Assembly: GCA_012295275.1 (NCBI GenBank)
Contig: CM022678.1
Span: 7,750,001 to 7,814,000, forward strand
Length of the DNA: 64,000 nucleotides
Direction: 5' to 3'
From: Chrysomallon squamiferum
Lineage: Eukaryota; Animalia; Mollusca
Below, piece after piece: positions 30,901 through 44,198 of the stretch (position 1 is the stretch's first letter; the number at the start of each line of letters is the position of its first letter). Position numbers and translations under genes: made by a program. A model generated the notes under the pieces. The model worked only from the letters and a program-made list of their open reading frames with translations. It was not told the DNA's origin and did no database searches.

Positions 30901-33064
30901 CATTCAATCTTAAAAAAGTTATCCTTTACGTGAATGAATTAATGATGAATTAAAAAAAGAATTTTTTTTAGATGAATGATTGATGAAGGTGTAGACAGTG
31001 AACAAATGAGGAAGATAAAGATGTAATGAATACGTTTAATAATAGTCTAATGATTAGTTGTCAAACATTATTTTTATTATTACTTTTTATTTTCATAATG
31101 TTCTTAAAAATTAATGTGATCCAAACTGCAAAAATAAAGTTAGCTGTTACCAAACAGGGTTTGTTTTTGTTTCATTTCTGTTGTTCTCAACAATTTAAAT
31201 TTCTTAACAACTGAAAGCTGATTTTCAATGTTAAATAAACATTGACTTAATTTTGAATAGAACTGTATTAACAAGTATAAAATGATATTTTTATTATATT
31301 TATTTATTTATATATTATAGTTAATTGCAGAAAAAGTTAATTTTGTGACTGAGGTATTAATTAACTCATTTCTATGTAATTTTTCAATTTTAAAACATCC
31401 ATTCTGTTTTCTTTGGTAATTAAAATCACAAAAATATGTACGAAATTCATCAATCATTTGTATCATTTAACAATTTCATAAATAATAAGAAATAATTTCT
31501 AACTGTTTATTAAATAAGAAATCATTTCTAACATGTAACTGCTTATTAAATAATAAGAAATCATTTCTAACATATAACTCTTTATTAAATAAAACAAAAT
31601 ATTTTCAACTTGTTACCAAATTTTTAATATTGAGTAAATTAACTATTTATTAAGTATACCCTACTCACCTACACATTCGTCTGACAAGTTGTGATATCCT
31701 GTCTTACACTCAAATGATAGGAGACTGGCAGGTTTTTGCAGTTGCTGTTTGCCTGACATGAAACTGTTGAAACACTACATTCATCTCTGTTGTTTTCACA
31801 TCACACACTTTACACTGACTATGGTCTGAGAGGGAAAAATAAAATTTAAATTTAAAATAAATAAATTAAATTAAAATCAAACTTTAGTGTTAGTGTTTTT
31901 TTGTAAAACAAAATTTATAAAATTATATTAAAAGTATAATCTAAATATATCAGAAATTTCTGATTTTACAGAATAAATTGCTTCAGATTTCAAAATAGAA
32001 TTATATTTTTTTAAATATTTAAAAATTTATTTTTACATTATTGTATTTTGTAAAGAGAAATTCTGCTTACTAACACGTTGTCTGGTCATTTTCAACTTTC
32101 TTCCCAGCCAGACAGGAACAAGTGAATCCACTGATTCAAGCATCAGTATATTTACTAATACTGGCATCAACTGATGTACACTCATTCATATCTACATTAA
32201 AATAACAATAACAATAACAATAAAAATAAAAATAATAATAACATCAACAATAAAATCAGTTGTACCTGTCATTCAGAAACATTTACATTATTTATGTAAC
32301 ATAATTTAGTAACTCACTGTAACTTCTTCTGAAATTACTAGCATAAATCCTTAATTATAGCTTAACCGTGATTGTTCTACATGGTATATACACTGTAATT
32401 TACAAATTGTGACTGGTTTTCAAAGAAACATAAAGATGTTTGAACATCAAACATGAAAGTGTTTATCCACTTTCAGTAAGACAAATCTATCACTTAGTTA
32501 AATGAATTCTGTTGGCGTGATTTTACCCATGTTATTGTCATTAAGTATTTAGAATTTGTTTTTCTCTTTCCTTTGTGTATGCAGACAGATCAACATATGT
32601 GTTTTCAGTCTGAAAAATGTGTTAAATGTCCTCAAACCTAAAATAGTAGCAATTTTCATGGACTCTTGTAGCATTGTTTAGTTAATTTCCAGTGATTTGA
32701 GACAACTGTTCCCTTGACATTTACCATGTGTATCTGTAATGTTTTGAAAAATTTGAAATAGCACTAAGTAAATCTGCGTGTGATTCAGGTTGACTGTGTC
32801 TACTCAACACAGCAGCAGAACAACTGAGAAACACAGCCAGAACCTGCCCCAGTCAGCCCATCACAGCCCTAAAAAGATGGAAAAGAACAAATCCAAAATG
32901 AGGTAAGACTAATTAATTAAAACTAAGTTTTTTTTTATGTCACAAAACTGTGAGAATTGTGTTTTCATGAGTATTTCTAAATAACATAATCAAACACCTC
33001 GAGTTAAAAAGTTAGGACATTTAATAAAACCTTTTTTATTTGATTACTTTTTGAAAGTATTTTA

Positions 33065-33272
33065 TGAATAGATTTATAGAACAAGAGTTGAGAATACAGT
33101 CCATTAGGCAATGCTAATAGTAATACATAAGGTACTAGATGTAGGTCTCTGCAAGATGTAGTAGATATTTGCATCAATGCTGTCTGACAGAATTTTGAGC
33201 TGTCTACATTTCAGCAGTGCTCATCAACTGATGTATGAAATAGTATGTACTGTCTGTGGGTAGGTGTAAATG
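33065..33272 (+). pseudogene. Ankyrin-repeat remnant, 5' part
   Basis: With frameshifts: IDL*NKS/ENTVH*AMLIVIHKVLDVGLCK/DVVDICINAV/RILSCLHF/AVLIN/MYEIVCT../GVN. This gives two degenerate ankyrin repeats. Confidence 0.55.
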
Positions 33273-36200
33273 AACTTCAAAACATCAAACTTCAAAACAT
33301 TAGAAACAGCCAAGGAAACATCACTAACAACTCCAATTTGGAGCACACAGTAACTCAAATAATCGAAGACAGCTTCAGCTTCAAGATCTCCACAGACAAC
33401 AAAAGACTTAAATTACACACAGACAAGAGAAATCCCACAAACACAAAAAAACACCAAACTGTACAAACCATTTACACACTCTTCACAACAAGCACACTAA
33501 TAACACAGGCCTCTCCACTCTTTACAACAAGCACATTAATAACACAGGCCTCTCCACTCTTCACAACAAGCACACTAATAAAACAGGCTTCTCCATTCTT
33601 CACAACAAGCACACAATAACACAGGCCTCTCCACTCTTCACAACAAGCACACTAATAACACAGGCCTCTCCACTCTTTACAACAAGCACACTAATAACAC
33701 AGGCCTCTCCACTCTTCACAACAAGCACACTAATAAAACAGGCTTCTCCATTCTTCACAACAAGCACACAATAACACAGGCCTCTCCACTCTTCACACAA
33801 CAAGCACACTAATAACACAGGGCCTCTCCACTCTTTACAACAAGCACACTAATAACACAGGCCTCTCCACTCTTCACAACAAGCACACTAATAAAACAGG
33901 CTTCTCCATTCTTCACAACAAGCACACAATAACACAGGCCTCTCCACTCTTCACAACAAGCACACTAATAACACAGGCCTCTCCACTCTTTACAACAAGC
34001 ACACTAATAACACAGGCCTCTCCACTCTTCACAACAAGCACACTAATAAAACAGGCTTCTCCATTCTTCACAACAAGCACACAATAACACAGGCCTCTCC
34101 ACTCTTCACAACAAGCACACTAATAACACAGACCTCTCCACTCTTCACAACAAGCACACAATAACACAGGCCTCTCCACTCTTCACAACAAGCACACAAT
34201 AACACATACCTCTCCACTCTTCACAACAAGCACACTAATAACACAGGCCTCTCCACTCTTCACAACCAAGAAGCACACTAATAAAACAGGCTTCTCCATT
34301 CTTCACAACAAGCACACAATAACACAGGCCTCTCCCACTTCTTCACAACAAGCACACTAATAACACAGACCTCTCCACTCTTCACAACAAGCACACAATA
34401 ACACAGGCCTCTCCACTCTTCACAACAAACACACTAATAACACAGACCTCTCCACTCTTCACAACAAGCACACAATAACACAGGCCTCTCCACTCTTTAC
34501 AACAAGCACACTAATAACACAGACCTCTCCACTCTTTACAACAAGCACACTATAACACAGACCTCTCCACTCTTTACAACAAGCACACTAATAACACAGA
34601 CCTCTCCACTCTTTACAACAAGCACACTAATAACACAGACCTCTACACTCTTCAGTGGAACGCTAAAGGCCTCCACCCAGCAGGCCACGGAGACAAACTC
34701 ACACACTTCCTGGCCTCCACTAGAAACACACCAGACGTAATATACAAGAAACATGGCTAGGACACTACAACAAAAACAACAAAACAACAAAAACCTTTAA
34801 GGTCCCCGGGTATCAAAGTCATTACGTTAACAGATTCACCAGTACCCGGGGAGGCATCATGACTCTCATCAAACAAGACCTTCCACACACCAAGCTGAAC
34901 CAAGGCAAAGTACACACCAAGATAGACATATTAAGCATCACAGTACAATCAAAACATCGACACAATTAACATATACAGCCCACCCACTACACACCATCCA
35001 AACCCACAACTTCAACAAAATGATAACAACAAACAACAAGATCATTGTAGTGTGTGATTTCAACTGTCACAACACCTTATGGGGTGGCTTGACAGATGAC
35101 AGCCCTGGAATCATCCTCGAAAACTTCATAGAGCAAAACCAGCTGGTCTGTCTGAATGACGGAACATTCACATACACCAGCGACATCAATGGTGGCCAAT
35201 CTGTCATTGATCTAACATTCACAAGTAAGGACATCACAGCGCTTTCCGAATGGCAAGTACTCAATGAACTAAACAGCGACCACCACCAAAACTCACGAAC
35301 TACACAGCAAGAACACTTTCTCTGACATTGACACCTACTCCACATCGCTCACCAACATGATACACTCGACTGCCAAGAGATTCATACCCAAAACCAGACA
35401 ATGCACTGGCAAAATATCCACTCCCTGGTGGATGGAACGCATAGAAACAAAATGCAAAGAAAGAAACAAATTCAGAAGACAATACAAAAAAGACAGAAAT
35501 CATTCCACACATGAAAAATACAAAGTAGCCAAAAAAAATTCCAACCTAATTCTCACTGCAAAACAAGAACACTGGGAACTTTTTTGCAACAAAGTCAACC
35601 ACAAAACATCAGTCAAAGACATCTGGGCCAAAGTGAAAAACATAGAATCAACACTCTTGGCAAAAACAACATCGCATTCACAGACAAACAAAAAGCAGAC
35701 ATACTCAGCGAACCTTTGCCCAGTCCAGCAGCAATTTGAACTTCCCACTGAAATTCACAAAGCAACCACTGGACAACCTAACAATCGACGAACATTCTGC
35801 AGACACAGAACACATGAAATACAATCAACTCTTCAACATCAGCGAATTAAAACATGCACTCAAAAACAAGAAAAGTACAGCCACGAGGCCAGATAAAATA
35901 ACCTACACAATACTATAACACCTGTCAGATGAAACACTACTCATCGTACTCAACTTCTACAACACAATATGGACCACAGGCAAGATTCCAACAAACTGGA
36001 AACACGCTGAATGTTTCAGCTTGCCCAAACCACTCAAAAATCACTCACTACCCAACAGCTACAAACCAATCATGCTGACATCACACATGTGCAAAACACT
36101 GGAAATGATGATCAACACACGCCTGAACCAGCATCTAATCAACAACAGTTTAGTCAGCAAATATCAAAGCGGCTTCAGGAAGAAACACAGCACAAACGAC

Positions 36201-37395
36201 CAGATCAAACGCCTGCAAACATCAATCAACCAATCTTTTAGGAAATCAAAAAAAGTCATCGCAGTATTCATAGACATTGAAAATATATTCAGCATGGTGT
36301 GGAGGGAAGGACTGCTCGTCAAATTAATCAACAACAACATCACATGCAACATGTTCAACTTCATTAAAGACTTCATCAACAACAGATCCATAGCAGTCAA
36401 AGTGAACGGTCAAATCTGCGAGAAAATTACAATCGACTACGGCATCCCACAAGGATCCATGGTCTTGCCAACACTCTTCAACATCTACATCAACAACATT
36501 GTCACAGCACTCAACAAACAAGACAACGCCAAAAATCCACCAACCGAATCAATAAACACAGCAGTCTTTGCAGAGGACTGCACCTTTTGGCGTGCTGGCA
36601 GATTGACTGCAGCAATACAGAAACAAATACAAAAAGACCTAAACAACATAAATGACTGGGCATTGAAAACAGGAATAGGGGAAATGCCACTGCCGGCATT
36701 CCACAAAGAAACAAAACCAGCAATAGATACACCTTTCCTGATCAAAACAAAGTTCGCACCCTTCAAAAAAGCCAGACATTCCTGCAGACCAGACCTACTC
36801 AGCAGAATGCAACATCTACATGAAGACATACAACACAACAACAAACAACTAATCATCGAGTGGCTCCCAGCATATGTCAGCATCATCGATAACAAACTTG
36901 TCGACCATTACACCAAAGAGTCACTCGGCTTCAAAGACGAAGACATCTGCACCGACATACACTACGGAACAAACAAAATTCTGTCCTTTGCAGCCAAACA
37001 TTAAGACAAACAGTGGCAAAACGAATGGAACAACACAAAAAACAAATGGCTCTTGAACATCAAACCACCCAAAATCACACTCACCAACAAACTACACAAC
37101 AACAATCTCACCAAAGTCAGAATTGGTTACTCGACCAACTTAAATGCAATCCGATACAAATATCACAACATCACATAATCCAACTGCAGCTGTGGACTCT
37201 CCGAAACCATGAAACACTACTTGTTTCAATGTCAAAATTTCGCCAAGGAAAGACAAGCACTGCGCAACACATTGGAGGAACTAAAAATCGAGTTCACGCT
37301 CCAACACATCTTGACACCAAACACGAAAGACAGAGAGTTAGTCCTCGCTGCAGTAACAACATACATTCTGAACACAAAACACAAACATTAGACTC
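33273..37395 (+). mobile_element. Degenerate non-LTR retrotransposon (LINE, I-group-like: APE endonuclease, RT, RNase H, C-terminal CCHC)
   Basis: EN: FKVPGY..RGGIMTLIK, VVCDFNCHNTLWG, IDLTF, SDHH. RT: YKPIMLTSHMCKTLEMMINTRL, QSGFRKKHSTNDQI, FIDIE, GIPQGS..PTLFNIYIN, FAED (decayed YADD). RNase H end: EWLPAYVSIIDNKLVDHYTK. Zinc knuckle: CSCG.SETMKHYLFQC. Multiple frameshifts and an internal deletion near 36675; ORF1 remnant ~33280-34740. Confidence 0.93.
33475..34652 (+). repeat. 39-bp minisatellite (~30 units) inside the LINE 5'/ORF1 region
   Basis: Unit CTCTTCACAACAAGCACACTAATAACACAGGCCTCTCCA, with 38-bp variants. Confidence 0.96.
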
Positions 37396-37399
37396 TTGC

Positions 37400-37495
37400 A
37401 ACTGATTCTGATTCAACAGACAATCAGAACAAATCTGGTTTACACCTTGCAGCTAAACATGGAAATATAGAAATTATTGTTGTTGCAATCTTGAT
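37400..37495 (+). pseudogene. Ankyrin-repeat remnant, 3' part
   Basis: GAT TCA ACA GAC AAT CAG AAC AAA TCT GGT TTA CAC CTT GCA GCT AAA CAT GGA AAT ATA GAA ATT ATT = DSTDNQNKSGLHLAAKHGNIEII, matching the ankyrin consensus D..G.TPLHLAA..G..EIV. Confidence 0.75.
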
Positions 37496-38154
37496 TCTCA
37501 TAGTTGTTACAGATAAACCATTCTCTGCAAATCTACACTCATCAATATGTTGTGTGCAGTTAGTACCAGCCCATCCCATGACATGCATACACCCATGTAC
37601 TACACTCATCAATATGTTGTGTGCAGTTAGTACATACATACACCCATGGACAGTTAAAGGTTAAACTACAGCTGGCACTATACTGAGTAAAAGGATACCA
37701 TGTTTATATCAAATTAATAACTAATGTCATATTATAAGAATCTCCCTTTATATAGCAATACACACACACTCACACAACTGTAATAATATAATAACTACAA
37801 TAAAAATAATAAAACAATTAAGAGAATTTAAGAGGTAAATATAGATCAACATGTAAAAGAGAGTCTACACTTTTCTTATAAACATGACAGTCAAACACGA
37901 AACTCTTACCATTAACTAGTTTACTGCTGTCTCTGTCTACAAGCCTCTTGGTGAGTAACCAGGTTGGCAGAACACTGTTGATGCTGAGATATGCAGCTAC
38001 ATTTGCCCTAAAACAAAAAATAAAGTAAGTAAATTTCAAAAACAGTAAATACTTTAACATTACAATATTTGCTTGTTACACTCATTGAAAATCTGCTTTC
38101 TTATTTTATTTTTTTATTATTATGGGTTATTATCATTATTCTTTGTCTTCTTTT

Positions 38155-38210
<56 letters not shown>

Positions 38211-38805
38211 ATATAATCATAAGAATTATGACTTAACTAAATTAAAAAATTTCAAACAGTATTTTGTCATGTTCTGTGGTTTGATGGGGGTCACGGAAAA
38301 TCCTGAATAAAACACACGGTGTACAAATTGTAATTAGTGAACTAGGAATATCCTATCTTCCCTTCTTCTCATCTGAAGACATTTCTTTGAATGACTTCAC
38401 TTTGAGAACCGAGTTTACATTTGACAACTGACACATTTTTGTTTTTTTAACCAAACTGTTTATAAATGCAGAACCGAGGTATCACTCGATTCACTGTATT
38501 ACAATTTATTTTTTATTATTTTTATTTGAAGTAAGATTTTCAACCAATAAATAAATTCAGTTAATTGTAACTGAATTAAATTGTATTAATATAAACATTT
38601 TGTACCAGTACTTTTGATTGCCTGGGTGATACGAGTCTTTGGGAAATGTTTGAATCAATGAAGCCAGAACCTTTTCTTTTCTTTTTTTGAAAAAAGCGGT
38701 AACATATGGATTCCATTGGAAGTTCAGCCATCTGTAAATACAAAATAAATATATAACATGAATATACATGATTAACAGTTTGAAAAGATTTTATTATTAT
38801 ATATA

Positions 38806-38900
38806 CAGGGCTCCAAATGGCCAGTCACCAGTCGCCACTTGACACCGAAGTTCTGTTTCGGCGACTGGGATGATAAAAGAATTATCGATTAGTCGCCCAA
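38806..38900 (+). mobile_element. Possible left end of a hAT-type non-autonomous DNA transposon
   Basis: Begins CAGGGCTC and carries repeated GTCGCC/GGCGAC subterminal-like motifs. No matching right end was found nearby. Confidence 0.35.
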
Positions 38901-39002
38901 AAAATATTATTTAAATTTTCTTTCTGTAAGTTATAACACAAGAGCCTCTATTTCACATAAAAGGTTTGCTCATAGTTCGATAAACTGGACGTATCGCCTT
39001 AC

Positions 39003-39200
39003 CTTAATTTTCGAACACATCTATGTTTATAAACATTCATTTTGTAGACCGGATATGCATATAGTAACTGTGGTCGTGATAAACAAAACCGGAAGTCTCG
39101 CTGACCTAGTATCTTAAAACTGATCGTGACCATTCGGATCATCTCGGCATAATACACAATCCGTTCTCCTCACCAACAAAAAAAGAGGACCGGTTGCAAA
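39003..39200 (-). promoter_or_regulatory. Probable promoter / first non-coding exon of the minus-strand gene
   Basis: CpG-enriched island in AT-rich DNA, ETS-type motif CCGGAAGT at 39089-39096, and a minus-strand donor AAG|GTAAG at ~39002, upstream of the ATG exon at 38731. Confidence 0.45.
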
Positions 39201-39217
39201 AAATCATAATAATAATA

Positions 39218-39261
<44 letters not shown>

Positions 39262-41490
39262 TAATAATATAACAATGATAATAATAAATAAATAAAATAA
39301 TATAAAATAAAATACAGTTATATATCTGCTGCATTTGAGCTTTAATTTTAGCGCTTAAAAATGTTTTGTTTGTTTTTGTCTTTTTTGGGGGGGTGTTCTT
39401 TTATAAGAATAGGTATGACTATTTATTGGAAAGAATAACCAATTTGTCAGCAAAAGTACCAATAAAAAGGAGAAAACTTTGTTTTCCTTTAATTTAATAT
39501 GATCAAAACAAGAAATAAAATGAAACTCTCTCTAATTAGACTTGTTTTTATTTTAAGCATTTGTTTCTGTTGAAATGTGCTCAACACAATAAATAAAATA
39601 AGTATTTGCAACTGGACTTATTTTTATTCAAACAAACTTTTTAAACTGATATTAATTTAAAACATCAGTGTTTGTATTTTTAAGTTTATGTTCGGTATGT
39701 TCAACAGAGAGACAAAACAATCTCTGATATAATGCCAAATTTAAATTACGCTACAATTGCTATTTATGTAAGAACTTCAGGCCAGACGAGTCTCGATAAA
39801 CCACGATGTTTCGAACATACACGGATTCGAATGTATGCTACGCTTTTCAAACCATTTTAAACTGATGCTGGACAGCCAGACTATTTTTATTTTTAATTTG
39901 GTATTGTTTTGTTTGTTGATTAGTCATTTTAATAGGATTTTGGAAATATTTCACGAAAATCCAAATGGATTTGGATGTTTTATGTTTGTGCGAAACAAGC
40001 GTGAATCGGATTCGGAGATATGCGCACATTTTCAGTCATGGAACGAGGTAAACATGATGTAATGTGTATGTGTGACTGTGAGAGAAACAGATATTCATCG
40101 TATAAACTATAATCGTATTGTCAGTGTGTGTGCGTGTGCGTGTGCGTGTCTTGGCAATTTCATATGTAAATAAATTTATTATGACATTCTCAAACGGTAA
40201 TAAGCAGAGATAAATGCACTGATCTGACAAATGTTGATTGATAACAAAAAATATCATGTTCTTCCAAAAAAATAATAAACATTATATTTACTATTGGCAT
40301 TGCTATTTTTCGTCGGTCAGGTCTGTCAAGAAAGGGAATTTACATCATGGAGAAAGATGAATCACCTGTTACAGAAACGATTCTTGTGCAAACTGCAACA
40401 TTCTGAGTTGTGAGAATAATTTATTTTATGTTTGTGTCTTAGAGAGTAAAATAAGTTTTGTAGAAATCTTTATTGATTATAAAATAGTGTAATAAAAATC
40501 ATTTATTTGCTATTGTTTTGTAATCAGTTTAATATTATAATAATTATGTTACATTATTTATTAATAACAAAGTATATGGAAGGTATCCCACAGCCCACTT
40601 TGTCTGAATAATAAAGTTAAATTTAAATTTTGATAATAACAGAAGTATTAATTATTATTTTTATTATTATTTTATTTCTTTTTTTCTTTTAGAATGTACA
40701 TATAGCTCTAATTGATGCGCTGATGTTGGCATATGCCAGTGAAGTTGATTCAGAAGAATGTGCTGTCCCTGCCATCAGGTATGCTGTTGTTTTTGTTTAT
40801 TTATTTATTTATATTTATTATCTTGTTAAATATTAAAATATGATTTTTTTTTTTTTTTAATTATTAAACTGAGTTAGTTTGACTCTGTTAAAGTTGATTT
40901 ACTTTACTTCATTTTATATTTTGGAAACTATATGGTAAATTATATTTCATTTTTCTACTTTGATTATTAAATGATAGCTGAAAAGAAGGAGAAGGATTAT
41001 GATGATTGCAGTTAAATATGAAAATGTATTAATGTAGAAAGAGAGAGAATTAAGGAATGGAGATTCAGGGAGAGAGGGAGAAGGAGAATGATATTTGAGG
41101 TGCATGTTTTGTATAATTTATCATACAGCCTAAAGAGACCTCATACTTTAAATTCAACATTTTTGAACAAGCAATTTTAAAATTTTCAGACAAATTACAA
41201 CTTTTAACGCATCCAGTGAACTTCCATCAGTCACTGAGGACACAATTATAGTCTGCTTAAATAAAGTTTGTACTACTCCCACCGAAAAAAGAAAAAAAAT
41301 CGAGCAGGTGAATTTGAGTTGTTTTTATTTAAATATTTCTCATTGTTCTAAACATAATTAAGTTTAATTTAATTTAATGGAGGAGATTGCACTTTGTTAA
41401 TAATATATCAATAGCTAGACATGCACGTACACAAAAATTACATTAGTATCTTGTAAACACACTCTACACTTTTTAACCATGTACATTTGT

Positions 41491-41547
<57 letters not shown>

Positions 41548-42617
41548 TTACCTTCATATCAGTGTTTTTACAGTTTTGCAAACGTTTATTTCTGTGTTTT
41601 AAAACAAAAGAAGAAGCATCATATTTTACAAATATTTTAAAATGTTTAACTTTCCTGTTACCAGACTGGAACTTCCAGCCCTTCAGACAGTATGACTGTT
41701 CCTGTGATGAGAGACATACTAAAAGACAAGAAGACAGATGTACAGTAGCTGTTGTCTGCAGTCTCTCAATTTTCCTGGTATGTTTAATTTTTGTAAATAA
41801 AACAGTCAATGAGATGGCAACTTTAAAATTTATGAATCTTAATACCTAGTTAAGATAGCTGTATTTATTTTAATTTATTTTTATATTTTTTTGGATATTA
41901 GGTCTGGGGTTTTTGGTTTTGAATGTGATCTGTATAGAAAATCTTTCATGCTCTCTCTCTCTCTCTCTCCCTCTCCCTCTCGTTAACGTCTTTTCTTGCA
42001 TTAAATATTAAATATTAGTTGCCTCATTGTTATTTATTTTTTTCTTCAGATATATGTTTGAAAGATTGGTTAGAAATAGCTAATTCTTTATATACATTGC
42101 ATATCCACCATTGAATTATATCTTTTATTATATGCATTTATGAAATTTATTATTGTGCTGGTAAAAATTGGGATTTTGCAATATTCAGTTTTAGTGTTTA
42201 TACTGATGGATGCTTTTACCTGTGTAAATACATTTTTATTATTTAAAATGGATTATTTCAGGCTTTGAAAGATCCTTATATAATGGTCAGTATTTCAAAA
42301 GACTACCACTAAAGAAAGTTAATATTAAATGAATATTTAAATGAGGACTTCTCAATCTCAGCTAAATTTTTTCAAAGATTTATTTCATCAGACAGCTTTC
42401 ATTGCAGTGTTTATTATTATATTTTTGTTAATTTTAATTTAGCATCTTGCTATGGAAACTGGAGGTCAAGTGTCACCAAACACCAAGTTCCCATTAGCAA
42501 CGCAACAAAACGTAGCTTTCACAAAACTGAGTTGAGATTCACCAGTACTCCAGAACTAAACAAGTCAAACTCTACTCCGTAAGTATTCACCTAATTCATT
42601 TTGTAAAATGTATAGTG

Positions 42618-42835
42618 ATGGATAGACTGGCTCAGTGGTTAGAGTGCATGGCCAAGGTTTGTTGGGTTCTACAATCAATCTTGCATGGAGGACAAATAAT
42701 GTTATTCCCCAATTCCTTATATATCTAAGATCATGGTACATCTTGTATTTCTTTCTGTGGAAAGATGTATATTAAAAATAGATTTTTAGTTGCTTGTTCA
42801 GAAAACATGTCACTTCATATTGCAGAAACAGGTTT
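42618..42835 (+). mobile_element. Degenerate tRNA-derived SINE body (possibly Meta-domain type)
   Basis: A-box-like TGGCTCAGTGGTTAGAG at ~42628, followed by TATATC..AGATCATGGTA..TGT..CTGTGGAAAGATGTATAT, which resembles a remembered mollusc SINE core. B box decayed. Confidence 0.5.
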
Positions 42836-43435
42836 TTTTTTTATTAGCTGTATTGTTATTTACCTTTTAAAATAAAAAGAAGAAGTGAAAAATATGCTGT
42901 GTATGTTCTTAAATCAAATATTTCTTCTTTAAGTTTTGTCCTAGTTTAGCAGAATTTATATTTATCAATAATCAGGTTATAATGAAATATGTTTAAAAGA
43001 TACTGATTTTTTTAAATTCAGAATTTACATTTATATTTTGGCGAACCTTTTTAGACTATTGTAAAAAATATTTATTTTTAATTATTACTCAGAATATATG
43101 TGTTTATCAGTATGTCTGAATGCATGCATGCACAAATGAAATCCAATAGCTGAAATATTTTTTTTTGTCATCAAGATCAAACATTCATTTGTATCAATAA
43201 ATGGCCTTGATATACATATATAATAGTAAATAATGTTCCTAATAAAACAAATATCACTAAATTATCTTTGTTTTTACTTTTTCAGAAAACAAATCATGAA
43301 AGTGACAAATATGACTAAACATCAGAACAGGACACACACAGACAGCAGAAGAGAGAGACACATTTCTCAAAAACTGGTATGAAAAACACACACTTTAACT
43401 TAACTGCTTGACTTAGATCCCTCCAGTGACAAGAC

Positions 43436-44156
43436 AGAATCCATGACAACAAATTTTGATGAAATTAAATGTCTGAAAGATACAACAATGTCCACTGTTT
43501 GCAGAAATATGCACAGCTACCACAGGAATAGGATATGTTTTAGATGAATCAGACTTGGGCTTTAACAGAGTGAGCAGTTTAATATTTCTCTTATAAAGTT
43601 GTGTGTATGTAAGAAACAGATTTTGCATACTGTCTGCATGAAACATTCATACAGATAGGGATTATAAATATGCTTACAGATACATGCAAAATTCACTACA
43701 CAAAACGTTCATAATAAAATGTGTATATTAATGTAGATATTAAAACAGATATCCAGATCTTTTAATTTGGGAGGTAGACATTTTTTTCCTCTGTTCTTGT
43801 CATAATGGTATTTATTTCAGAGACGGTAAAGTTATTTTTTATTATTATTATTTTTCTTTTTACATGTTAATTTTTTGTTAAAGGTTACTCTTACAACTTT
43901 ATGTTGATAAACATTTCAGACCAGTGAACAGGAAATGATGTCAAAGAAAGACAGACTGGTGGAGAGACAGATGAAGAAAAAAGAAGAACAGGAAAGACAA
44001 AGACTGGAAAAAGAAATGGAATTAATGGAACAGAGAGAAAGAGAGAGGTAAATGATCAATTAAAATAATTAGTAAATTTACTTTCACACATTTTATGAAG
44101 AGTAGTAGTAAAATGTTTATATTTATAGCTCTTTTTTGCCACCAAATACTGTCCAG

Positions 44157-44198
<42 letters not shown>

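Larger units (their letters stand above)
21830..38731 (-). pseudogene. Decayed multi-exon (>=12 exons) gene, weak similarity to SPIDR (scaffold protein involved in DNA repair)
   Basis: Series of GC-richer blocks bounded by minus-strand AG and mostly GT sites: ~38250-38731 (starts CAG|ATG GCT GAA), 37890-38007, 32318-32868, 32071-32191, 31669-31825, 30565-30681, 29927-30045, 28887-29332, 28305-28410, ~27580-27703, 24057-24166, 23845-23960, 23085-23191, 22510-22587, ~21830-21962. Most contain stops or frameshifts. The order of peptide fragments (QQCSANL..HQ; LRIY..FQKKL; MPVLVN; DTMW..ICYT; WFVLTE; QPVIVSRINIKV; HEVEK) loosely follows my recollection of SPIDR. Exon structure is fairly well supported; identity is weak. 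Confidence 0.4.

Noticed and set aside
33475-34652. CRISPR-like regular arrays (also 3131-3520, 15885-16866, 47899-48446)
   Set aside because: Units are contiguous with no unique spacers, there are no cas genes, and the context is eukaryotic.
33294-37392. AAACATTAGA as the LINE target-site duplication
   Set aside because: The 3' copy overlaps the ORF2 stop codon and the motif is low-complexity, so the element boundaries remain uncertain.
42618-42700. tRNA gene
   Set aside because: Only an A-box-like motif; no cloverleaf or intact B box. Better explained as a decayed SINE head.
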